The notes below the pieces were generated by a model, which had not been told where the DNA came from, searched no databases, and was given only the letters and a program-made list of their open reading frames with translations. Positions 7,797-16,417 of a stretch of DNA of 19,928 nucleotides are shown here, in pieces (positions within the stretch are counted from its first letter, which is position 1; every line of letters begins with the position of its first letter). This stretch comes from Candidatus Thorarchaeota archaeon (lineage in GTDB: Archaea > Asgardarchaeota > Thorarchaeia > Thorarchaeales > Thorarchaeaceae): positions 1-19,928 of the forward strand of contig JBHLRP010000054.1 of NCBI GenBank assembly GCA_048882485.1. The letters run 5' to 3'. Position numbers and translations under genes: made by a program.

Positions 7797-8712
7797 ATTC
7801 CCTCGCCTTTGGCTCGAAGAGATGTTTCGTTGTTCCAAGCACTTGGCTAGCTTCCCCAACCGCCGAGAAAATTGCGTTCTGTATTAGCGCCACAGCTGCA
7901 AATACCTCTTGAGACCTTCTCATCGACCCATAAATTATGCAATCTGTGGCGAATAATTGGGCTGCCGCTATTGAGGCTACTACTGATGAATTGACTACCT
8001 CCTCTTTTTCTAGCTCCTGCTCCCTGATGAACTTCCAGGCAGATGGTGCATTATGTGGTGCTAGACATGTAGGCAGTCCCAGCTCTGACTTTACTGCGAC
8101 ATTCGTTCTCAGTTCTAATCCATATCCTGCTCCCACAGGCATCGTTCCAGGGTCAATAACGAATTTCTCTATCCCCAATCCCTTCGCATCAGAAACTATT
8201 GCCTCAATTACATCCATCCGTTCCTTCAGCGAGCTAGCCCTCGGGGACCATCCTAATACAACAGCCATGCTGAGCTGACTATCTTTCAAGAATGCACGTT
8301 CATCCTCATCCATGGACATATTGATCGAATTGTAGATTGCTCTCCCTGTTAAGCCAGCCTCATTGCAAAAGTCGGTGGCCCGCTTTTTGGCGCTAGAATT
8401 TGGGGATTCATACATGAAGGGGCCATCGAAATTCTCAGCCAGCCATGATAGATGACGCTCCATAGCAACGCCCGATCGCCCATATACTTCTACAATCATT
8501 GGATGACCAGTCCTCTCGGACATTTTAATCCCAGAGTCAAGCCACTCCTTTGCAGTCTTCTTGTCAAAGAGACCCTCTTTTGTGCTCTCCACAATTGATT
8601 GTCCTTTAAAGAAGAGTCCCCCCACAAGGACTGTTGGATTCTCTCCCGGATAGCCTCCGATTGTTATACCACTGAAGTCAAACGACTTCTGCTCTTTTTT
8701 AAAGACAAACAT
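7795..8712 (-). CDS. mtrH: Second, divergent MtrH-family methyltransferase (MtxH/MtgA-like)
   Basis: N-terminus MFVFKKEQ...GITIGGYPGENPTVLVGGLFFKGQSIV, then IYNSIN, VIDPG, GLPTCLAPHNAPSAW and IIYGS. Colinear over its full length with the 6161..7096 protein, but divergent. Confidence 0.85.
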   Translation of the reverse strand: MFVFKKEQKSFDFSGITIGGYPGENPTVLVGGLFFKGQSIVESTKEGLFDKKTAKEWLDSGIKMSERTGHPMIVEVYGRSGVAMERHLSWLAENFDGPFMYESPNSSAKKRATDFCNEAGLTGRAIYNSINMSMDEDERAFLKDSQLSMAVVLGWSPRASSLKERMDVIEAIVSDAKGLGIEKFVIDPGTMPVGAGYGLELRTNVAVKSELGLPTCLAPHNAPSAWKFIREQELEKEEVVNSSVVASIAAAQLFATDCIIYGSMRRSQEVFAAVALIQNAIFSAVGEASQVLGTTKHLFEPKARE

Positions 8713-8724
8713 TCTTGTTCAACC

Positions 8725-9627
8725 TCAACCGGGACGTGGATAAAGCCCTGCTGACTTGATGAGTTCTGGTACGCAGGACTCCCAGCCTACAGCCATTATA
8801 TGAACGCCGTCCACTCCATTAATCGTTCTCAATGAATTGATAGTTTCAGCAGCAATAGACAGACCTTCTTGCTGGATTGCCTGTTCCTTTTCCTCATCAT
8901 CAAGCCCCTCAGCAGCATTATCTAGGCGTTGAAGAATCGCATCAGGAATTGTGATGCCAGATACATGTTCGGTCATAAACTCGGCCATTTCTAGTCCCCG
9001 CAAAGGAACAACCCCAGCTAGAATATACGTATTCAAATCCGCAAGGGATTCTACAAATTCTGCTAGGCGAGATATGTCAAAGACAGCTTGAGTCTGAAAG
9101 AATTGGGCACCAGATTCATGCTTCAACTTTGCTCTTTGTATCTGATACTCAACTGGTTCGACAAAGGGATCGAACGTGGCTCCAAGAAAGAAATCGGGCA
9201 CCCCCTCAATCTCCTCATCGGAATGGTCTTTGCCTGCCATCATTCGAGAAGCCAATCGAAGAGCTTGAATTGAATCAATATCTGAAACAATCTTGGCTTG
9301 GGTGTTTGATCCAAGACCCGGAAGGTCACCTGTAACAAAGAGCACATTGCGAATTCCTAGAGCATAGGCGCCATAAAGATCACTCATCAAAGCCACTCTA
9401 TTACGGTCTCTCATTGCCATCTGCAGGATAGGTTCTAGTCCTGCATCAAGTGCCAACCTTGCTCCTGCAATGCTGCTCATTCTGGGGATTCTTCGTGGAT
9501 TGTCAGGTATATTAACTGCATCACAGAAGGGCTTGACCACACTCGCCTTCTCAATCAACGACAGGTGGTCAGCTCCTCGAGGCGCACCTATCTCAGCGGT
9601 TACAACAAACTCACCGCTTTGCAGCAT
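8725..9627 (-). CDS. metF: 5,10-methylenetetrahydrofolate reductase (FAD-dependent MetF family)
   Basis: Motifs FVVTAEIGAPRG, DAVNIPDNP, EPILQMAMRDRNRVAL, GIRNVLFVTGD, GAQFFQTQAVFD, ILAGVVPL and GVDGVHIM. The true start may be a CTG at 9651. Confidence 0.9.
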   Translation of the reverse strand: MLQSGEFVVTAEIGAPRGADHLSLIEKASVVKPFCDAVNIPDNPRRIPRMSSIAGARLALDAGLEPILQMAMRDRNRVALMSDLYGAYALGIRNVLFVTGDLPGLGSNTQAKIVSDIDSIQALRLASRMMAGKDHSDEEIEGVPDFFLGATFDPFVEPVEYQIQRAKLKHESGAQFFQTQAVFDISRLAEFVESLADLNTYILAGVVPLRGLEMAEFMTEHVSGITIPDAILQRLDNAAEGLDDEEKEQAIQQEGLSIAAETINSLRTINGVDGVHIMAVGWESCVPELIKSAGLYPRPG

Positions 9628-9732
9628 TTGCCCAAGACGAGATATCGGCAGTTTTGGGGACTCCCTGTGTGTGGATAGTGAAGGGTCAACCGATGTGAAC
9701 CTCTTAACTACTTTGGTGTGTTTTCAAGAATC

Positions 9733-11025
9733 TCACTCGTCAATTCTCATAAGAGTCCCGTCAGCGACCATCTTGGATAGTTTCTGAGCAAGTACAGCAT
9801 CTAATCTCACGTCAACAGATATTGTGCCCTTGCTATACTCTTGGTTAGAAACGGAAGTAACATCATGAAGCCAAGAAAGCATTGACATTGACGTATCATC
9901 ATACGGAAGAACAAGGCGATACGTCGCAAGTGGCATAAGACTTCGCTCCACTGCTTCAATTAAATCTTCCAGATTCGTTCCATTCATTGCAGAAATTGGG
10001 ACAACTTCTGGATTGGTGGATTCGATCAATTCGATGCGTTGAGCCATCTCGTCTTCATCAAGAAGATCTATCTTGTTTAGGGCGATGATAAGAGGAATGC
10101 CATTTGCCTCAATATCCACAAAAGTTTCTAAACAAGTGTTCAACTTGCGCTCAATCTCTTCCAATGAATCAGAACCGTCAACAACTAGTATAATGACATC
10201 GGCTTCACCAATTTCCATCAGCGTTGTATTGAATGCCCGAATTAGCGCACGAGGTAAATCACTGATGAAACCAACAGAATCGGTTAGAACTGCTTGATGA
10301 CCCGGTAGTGGAATTGTAGAGGTTTTGGTTGATAGTGTGGTAAACAATTGGTCTGCAACTTCGGCTTCTGAACCAGTTAACGCATTATGGAGGGTACTTT
10401 TCCCAGCATTCGTATACCCTGCGAGTGTCACTTCCTCAAATCCTTTCTTTTCCCGACCCCTTCGCTTCAGGCTCTGTTTTCTTGAGATGGTTTCGAGCTT
10501 CTCTTCAATGACAGCAATGCGTTTACGAATATGCGAAATATGGATGTCCAATGGATTCTCGCCAGGTCCTACCTGATCTGCGATTGGTCTATCGCCAACA
10601 TGCTCCTGCTGGAGCCGAATTCGAATCTGGTGACGCTGGAATGGTAGCTCATATCTAAGACGCGCCTGCTCTATTTGCAGCTTAGCCTGGGGAGTACGAG
10701 CATGACGGTCGAATATTTCTAGAATTACCTGAGTCCTGTCACGCACCTCAATCTCCCATTTTTCCATGAGACGAAACATTTGACCAGATGTCAGGGTAGG
10801 TGAAAAGAGAACAAAGTCGGGCTCGTTGACTTGAATCCATGTTTGGATTTCTTCAACCTTTCCACTTCTGATGCCATATTTCGCTGATGATGCGCCTACA
10901 ATGTCGAAGGTTCCTAACACCTCATAGCCTGCTGTGGTCGCTAAAGCCTCAAACTCACTGAGCAAATTCGGATCTTTGTAATCCCGCCTCTGTACGAGTA
11001 GAGCTTTTACATCGGTCATTGTCAT
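9733..11025 (-). CDS. hflX: Ribosome-splitting GTPase HflX
   Basis: N-domain DRTQVILEIFDRHART..AKLQIEQARLRYELP and GPGE. G1 GYTNAGKST, G2 LFTTL, G3 DSVGFI, G4 NKID, G5 ISA. A C-terminal domain is present. Confidence 0.95.
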   Translation of the reverse strand: MTMTDVKALLVQRRDYKDPNLLSEFEALATTAGYEVLGTFDIVGASSAKYGIRSGKVEEIQTWIQVNEPDFVLFSPTLTSGQMFRLMEKWEIEVRDRTQVILEIFDRHARTPQAKLQIEQARLRYELPFQRHQIRIRLQQEHVGDRPIADQVGPGENPLDIHISHIRKRIAVIEEKLETISRKQSLKRRGREKKGFEEVTLAGYTNAGKSTLHNALTGSEAEVADQLFTTLSTKTSTIPLPGHQAVLTDSVGFISDLPRALIRAFNTTLMEIGEADVIILVVDGSDSLEEIERKLNTCLETFVDIEANGIPLIIALNKIDLLDEDEMAQRIELIESTNPEVVPISAMNGTNLEDLIEAVERSLMPLATYRLVLPYDDTSMSMLSWLHDVTSVSNQEYSKGTISVDVRLDAVLAQKLSKMVADGTLMRIDE

Positions 11026-11042
11026 TTAACCGGAGTGAACCA

Positions 11043-11051
11043 TCTTAAAGC
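11043..11051 (-). promoter_or_regulatory. Putative TATA box for hflX (probably leaderless transcript)
   Basis: Minus-strand CTTTAAGA lies about 20-30 nt upstream of the ATGs at 11025 and 11019, in the divergent hflX/tgtA gap. No Shine-Dalgarno is evident. Confidence 0.35.
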
Positions 11052-11114
11052 GTTCCATTCTATCCATAAGGAAAGATTCATGGGCATATCCGACGGCACA
11101 CCAAAAGAACGAGT

Positions 11115-13148
11115 ATGAGTCATTTCGAAATCCGTGCAAAGGATGGACTCGCCCGGTTAGGGAGATTGACCACAGCCCACGGCACAGTGAAGACTCCGCT
11201 TCTTATGCCTGTGGTGCATCCAGGAAAATCAGCGATTACGCCACAGGAGCTGATTACCGAGTTTGGCTTCCAAATGGTGATCACAAACTCATACATCATT
11301 CGATCGCACGAACGATTCCGCACAAAAGCAATTGGCTGTGGAGTTCATGAACTTCTAAACTTCACTGGACCAATCATGACTGACTCTGGCACATTTCAGA
11401 TGTATTTCCATGGTCTGGCTGAAGGAGAGATTGACCCTCTCGAAATCATTGAGTTTCAGAAGACCATAGGGTCAGATATTGGAACCATCCTTGATGTATT
11501 CTCGGACCCATCGGTTGGAAGAGCCAAGGTTGAGCAGGATGTTGCCGTTTCATTGGAACGAGCACGGCTCTCAGTGCATAGGAAGGGGGATATGATGCTT
11601 GCAGGAACAGTCCAAGGCGGCATCTACGAGGATCTCAGAGAGAGCTCAGCAAAAGAACTTGCGTCCTTGGACTTCGATGTGCATCCAATTGGAGGTGTAG
11701 TCCCCCTAATGGAGCAATATCGCTATTCAGAGATGGCCCGGGTAGTACTTGCTTCAAAGAAACACCTTCCGCCTGATAGACCCGTCCATCTCTTTGGATG
11801 TGGTCACCCAATGCTCTTTGCTCAGGCGTCGCTTTTGGGCTGTGACTTCTTCGATTCAGCATCCTATGCAAAATTCGCAGAATCTGGTAGAATGTTACTA
11901 CCATCGGGGACTGTGCACTTGAAAGACCTAACTGAGCTTCCATGTAGTTGTCCAATCTGCAGTACAACCTCGGCTGATGCTCTGAAGAGTGAGAAGAAGG
12001 AGGAGCAAGAGCTACAGCTTATGAAGCACAACCTATATGTCAGTTCAGCCGAGATGCGAAGAGTGCGTCAGGCGATTTCAGAAGGCAAACTATTCGAATT
12101 GGCCGCATACCGAGCCAGAGGCCACCCAACCCTCTATGATGCACTGGCGCTGATTCTAGAGCAACATCTGCGATTGGAGAAGGAGGATCCAATAGGGAAG
12201 AAGTCTTCGATCTTCTATACAGGTCCGGAAACCACAAAACGACCAGAAATAACTAGGTTCCTTTCTCGGATTATCTCTCGCTATCCCTACAAAAGAACAA
12301 ATACAGTTCTACTCGTATCGGACCCAGGTCTCAGACCTTTCTCTGACACATCTGGCGAAATCATCAGGGAAGTCAGGAAGAGAAGAGCAGATGACTTAGT
12401 GTTACTATTTGTGACTCCAATGGGCATCGTACCCTGGGAATTGGAACACGTGCATCCAGCGCAGCAGTGTTTATTCCCAGAGCGTCTAGATTCAGAAACA
12501 CTTGGAATAGTCTGTGAGAGGACACGAATAATCCTTGAGTCGATGACATATGAAAAAGCCATTTGGTTCAAGCGAAAGGTCAATGTGGATGTGACACTTT
12601 CAGGACTAATCGATGAGCTTTCTATTGAAACTGTTTCGAGTGCGACTGATGCAACGAATAAGTTACCTCCAGGTGATGAAGATGTTTCTTGGACTAGAAG
12701 AAAACTTAGGGCACTCCTGATGCATCAATGGGGAGTAAATGCAGGAAAATTGGCAGACCTTGATGGTCTGAAAATTGACCTCTCGAAGAGTACAGGCAAA
12801 ATTAGACATTGTAAGATCAATGATGATATTCTTTTCACTTTAGTTCCCACGACTGGACTCCTAACTCCAACGTACCTCGGAGGGCAAGAGCTTCTACGGA
12901 TTGGTCTTAATGACACCTACAAGGTTGTTATTGATTCAGATGTTTCACAGTTCGTGGCAAATGGAAAGTCTGCCCTGGCCAAATTCGTGAAAATTGCTTC
13001 AACAGAACTCAACGCTGGAGAAGAGGTGTTGGTCCTTGATGAAGACCAGAATCTCCTAGCCACTGGAAGAGCTCAAATTAGCGGTCGTGAAATGACCTCA
13101 TTCAATCGTGGCGTTGCTGTTCAGATTAGGCATTCGTGGAAGAGCTAG
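11115..13148 (+). CDS. tgtA: Archaeosine tRNA-guanine(15) transglycosylase (arcTGT) with C-terminal PUA domain
   Basis: Motifs FEIRAKDGLARLG, TPLLMPVVHP, ITNSYII, IMTDSGTFQ, HPIGGVVPLME, HLFGCGHP and FDSASY. Zn site CSCPIC...HN. PUA domain FVANGKSALAKFV...GEEVLV...LLATG...GVAVQIR. Confidence 0.95.
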   Translation: MSHFEIRAKDGLARLGRLTTAHGTVKTPLLMPVVHPGKSAITPQELITEFGFQMVITNSYIIRSHERFRTKAIGCGVHELLNFTGPIMTDSGTFQMYFHGLAEGEIDPLEIIEFQKTIGSDIGTILDVFSDPSVGRAKVEQDVAVSLERARLSVHRKGDMMLAGTVQGGIYEDLRESSAKELASLDFDVHPIGGVVPLMEQYRYSEMARVVLASKKHLPPDRPVHLFGCGHPMLFAQASLLGCDFFDSASYAKFAESGRMLLPSGTVHLKDLTELPCSCPICSTTSADALKSEKKEEQELQLMKHNLYVSSAEMRRVRQAISEGKLFELAAYRARGHPTLYDALALILEQHLRLEKEDPIGKKSSIFYTGPETTKRPEITRFLSRIISRYPYKRTNTVLLVSDPGLRPFSDTSGEIIREVRKRRADDLVLLFVTPMGIVPWELEHVHPAQQCLFPERLDSETLGIVCERTRIILESMTYEKAIWFKRKVNVDVTLSGLIDELSIETVSSATDATNKLPPGDEDVSWTRRKLRALLMHQWGVNAGKLADLDGLKIDLSKSTGKIRHCKINDDILFTLVPTTGLLTPTYLGGQELLRIGLNDTYKVVIDSDVSQFVANGKSALAKFVKIASTELNAGEEVLVLDEDQNLLATGRAQISGREMTSFNRGVAVQIRHSWKS

Positions 13149-14289
13149 AAGGTGCAGCCGCAAGTGCCAGGGGATGGCCTGGAACCTTGCGTAGAGCATC
13201 AACCCCTCCTAGTGGAAGTATCATTACTTCATCTGAGGGTGCGAAGAGGTGAATATCATCACCCTCCTTGATTTCAGAATCGGGATCAAGTAGAGCCTGA
13301 GCCGAAATATCACCAACTTGGAAATAGACCTCCAAAGCATTTCCAACGTATATTGTCCTTGTGACTTTGCCTATAATCTCGTTGTCTGAGGCGCTTTCTC
13401 GCTGTAGGTGAAGGTCCTCAGGTCGAATGGCAACTTTGACTTCCTCATTTATCTCAAATGGGTAGCCATCAATCGTGGTTTGGCCAATAGCAGTCTGATC
13501 GTTTGGAATTCGTGCAGTAATGCTATCATTGACCTCATCAACAGTCCCATCAATAAAGGTGCATTGTCCTATGAAATCGGCGACAAAAACGGTCTGAGGT
13601 GTTGCATAGATTTCCCTTGGTGTATCGAACTGCTGGACATATCCCTTGTCCATGACAGCAACCCTATCTGAAATACTGAGTGCTTCATGTTGATCATGTG
13701 TAACATACACAGTTGTGATTGACATCTCCTTGTGTATTCTAATAATCTCCTCTCTCATCTCAATCCGAAGTTTCGCATCGAGATTGGAAAGAGGTTCATC
13801 TAGGAGGAGCACGTCTGGTTCAATGACAAGTGCACGAGCGAGGGCCACACGCTGCTGTTGCCCACCGGAAAGCTGGTGAATGTGTCTTTGTCCTAGTTCC
13901 TCCATTCTTACGAGACTCAGAGCTTCGTTAACACGACGGGCAACAGCACTCTTTGTGTACCTCAAGTTGTTCTCAAAACGTTTCAATTTCAATCCGTATG
14001 CCACATTGTCAAATACCGACATATGTGGCCATAATGCATAGTTCTGAAAGCACATTCCCGTGTTGCGTTTGTGAGGAGGAACAACTGTCATATCTTTATC
14101 ATCGAAGAAAATTCGGCCACGATCAGGGACATAGAATCCAGCGATTAGGCGAAGAAGAGTTGTTTTTCCACAACCAGACGGCCCTAGAAGTGTGGCAAGT
14201 TCACCCTCCTCAATAGCAATGTTCACTTCGTCTGTAGCGATAACTTCACCAAAGGTCTTTCGCAAATTCTCAGTTCTAATAACGACCAT
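13126..14289 (-). CDS. ABC importer ATP-binding subunit (FbpC/PotA class) with C-terminal TOBE domain
   Basis: Walker A GPSGCGKT, Q-loop FQNYALWPHM, signature LSGGQQQR, Walker B LLLDEP, H-loop YVTHDQ, plus FVADFIG and AIRPED. Confidence 0.93.
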   Translation of the reverse strand: MVVIRTENLRKTFGEVIATDEVNIAIEEGELATLLGPSGCGKTTLLRLIAGFYVPDRGRIFFDDKDMTVVPPHKRNTGMCFQNYALWPHMSVFDNVAYGLKLKRFENNLRYTKSAVARRVNEALSLVRMEELGQRHIHQLSGGQQQRVALARALVIEPDVLLLDEPLSNLDAKLRIEMREEIIRIHKEMSITTVYVTHDQHEALSISDRVAVMDKGYVQQFDTPREIYATPQTVFVADFIGQCTFIDGTVDEVNDSITARIPNDQTAIGQTTIDGYPFEINEEVKVAIRPEDLHLQRESASDNEIIGKVTRTIYVGNALEVYFQVGDISAQALLDPDSEIKEGDDIHLFAPSDEVMILPLGGVDALRKVPGHPLALAAAPSSSSTNA

Positions 14290-14299
14290 ATTTCACACC

Positions 14300-16384
14300 T
14301 CATATTCCTGTAATAGCTGCAGACCTAGCTCCCAATATTTTGTTTGTGAGCGTAATTATCATCCATTGCACAACCATCAATAATACACCTAAACATGCTG
14401 CACTAGTTGCCCCTCCCCATTCACCTATCATCTCCAGCACCCTAGACGTCCAATATGTAATGGGTGCCTCCGAATGCCCAACACTACCTAATAGAAGGCT
14501 TGTGCTAACCTCGCTCACTGAATATACAAATGAAAGAAGTGATCCTGCAAGAAGACTCACACCTATGAGCGGTAATGTGATCTTAACGAAGGTCCTATTT
14601 TTACTGGCACCCAGGTTTTGCGATGCCTCCTCCAAAACCACAGGCGTTGACATTAATCCAGCGTATGCAGCTCTGACAGTAAATGGGAATTTCCGGACGG
14701 TATATGACATGACTATCAAAAACGCTGGATGGCCAATTGGGAATACTGGAGTATTATAGAACAGAGTAAAGAAACCCGTGGCAATCACTATTCCTGGAAG
14801 TGCTATCGGAGCAGTCACGAGAAGATCAAGTGCGGTCTTTCCGGGAATGTCCTTTCTGGCAATTATGTAAGCCGCACTAGCCCCTAAGAGAACAATGAAT
14901 ATTGTTGCTATAATCCCATAAATAATAGTGACGTTAACCGATTGGGCTACATCAGGAAAGGCCCACAGAACCTCGAAGTTGCTCAGAGTCCATGTTTCAG
15001 GCAAAAGGTTCTGCTGTGGCCATGAGCCAGCGAGGGAAATCATGATAACACTGATTTGGGGTATTAATGCTAGAAATAGTATAGGGATCAATACACAATA
15101 GAGAAGGAGTTGAACTCTTCTACTTAGCCTTCTGGTCCTCGGATTCCACTGTCCACCTTTTGTCCCCGAATCATACGATCTTAGAGCTGTGTATTTTCGA
15201 ATGGCCAAGAATCCAATTAATGCAAACACTAGTAGCACAATGCCTATGGCTGGTCCTTCAGCACCAACCACTCCAGCTTGCGTTGCAACTGCTTGAAAGA
15301 CTCTGAATGCAAGTGTGTTCCTCGCGGTTGGGTGATCCTGGAATACTATAGGGGAACCTAAGTCCTCTATACTGAGAATGAAGGTCAATATTGCTCCAGC
15401 TTGAATGCCGGGCATCGCAAGAGGGAATGTAACAGAACGGAAAAGCTTGAAACCGGTTGCTCCAAGATTCTCTGCTTGCTCTTCCAAAGAGGGATCAATG
15501 CTCATGAAGGATGAATAGGCATTCAGATATACCAATGAAAATAACGAGAAGGACTGCACGAAAATCATTGCAGCAAGCCCTTGAAGCACGATAGCAGACG
15601 GCAGGATGTGAAGAGTTTCATAGAGCAGCTTGTTGATGAAGCCATCGAGTGCTAGGAATTCTTTGATTCCAATGGCACCTACAAATGGAATAGCCAAGAT
15701 TGGGAATATCAATAATGTGCGAACGACTCTTTTGCCAAAGAACTCATACTTAGCCATAAGAAATGCGAAAAAGACTCCAAGGGCAACGGCGGCTCCTGTA
15801 ACTATTATTGCTACATATATGGAGTTGAATATAGCTCCAAAGTCCCATCCCCAGATTGCTACAGCATTAAGCGCTTCATTGTATGCGGCAGCATTTAGAT
15901 TAATGTATACGTCTATTCCACCAGATTGGTTGGGAATGAATGGCCATATTCTTGGGTTCGAAAAGATATCTGTAAAGTTTCTCAGGGTAAATTGCCCAGA
16001 TGTAGTGAAGAATGCATAAATTCCGACACTCAAAAGAGGCATAATCAGAAAGAGTGTGAACACACCAACAACTGCGATCAATTGTATAGCTGTTATCTTA
16101 TCTAACTCGCGACGGGTTCCTTGGGCACCCTCGACCACCCTCATGCGGGTTCTTGAAGCCCACTTCTGAGTGCTTGTCTTTGGGTTCCTAATGAAACCCT
16201 CGAATCTAGTCAAGCCCCTGTCAATCCGAAGGGTAGCTGAATGGCTTCTTCGGGAGAACCATGAGGCTAAACTGATAGGAGCACCCTTGAGGGTACTCAC
16301 TAGGCTGCTCCGCCGATCTGCCGGAACTAGCTCGGAGTCTTCCTCAAGGATGTCCATTTCTTGTACTTCTATGTCTTTGGTCAT
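14300..16384 (-). CDS. ABC importer permease with two fused transmembrane domains (FbpB/ThiP class)
   Basis: Many hydrophobic helices and two EAA loops (SLEEQAENLGA..FRSVTFPL and LEEASQNLGAS..TFVKITLPL). Confidence 0.92.
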   Translation of the reverse strand: MTKDIEVQEMDILEEDSELVPADRRSSLVSTLKGAPISLASWFSRRSHSATLRIDRGLTRFEGFIRNPKTSTQKWASRTRMRVVEGAQGTRRELDKITAIQLIAVVGVFTLFLIMPLLSVGIYAFFTTSGQFTLRNFTDIFSNPRIWPFIPNQSGGIDVYINLNAAAYNEALNAVAIWGWDFGAIFNSIYVAIIVTGAAVALGVFFAFLMAKYEFFGKRVVRTLLIFPILAIPFVGAIGIKEFLALDGFINKLLYETLHILPSAIVLQGLAAMIFVQSFSLFSLVYLNAYSSFMSIDPSLEEQAENLGATGFKLFRSVTFPLAMPGIQAGAILTFILSIEDLGSPIVFQDHPTARNTLAFRVFQAVATQAGVVGAEGPAIGIVLLVFALIGFLAIRKYTALRSYDSGTKGGQWNPRTRRLSRRVQLLLYCVLIPILFLALIPQISVIMISLAGSWPQQNLLPETWTLSNFEVLWAFPDVAQSVNVTIIYGIIATIFIVLLGASAAYIIARKDIPGKTALDLLVTAPIALPGIVIATGFFTLFYNTPVFPIGHPAFLIVMSYTVRKFPFTVRAAYAGLMSTPVVLEEASQNLGASKNRTFVKITLPLIGVSLLAGSLLSFVYSVSEVSTSLLLGSVGHSEAPITYWTSRVLEMIGEWGGATSAACLGVLLMVVQWMIITLTNKILGARSAAITGI

Positions 16385-16417
16385 GCCGAATATCGACGCC
16401 TTGAACTAGGTTAAGTC

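Noticed and set aside
4728-8712. Interpretation as a methanogen Na+-pumping mtr operon or as evidence of methanogenesis
   Set aside because: The membrane subunits mtrE/D/C/B/F/G and mcr genes are absent from the window, and MtrA has no membrane anchor.
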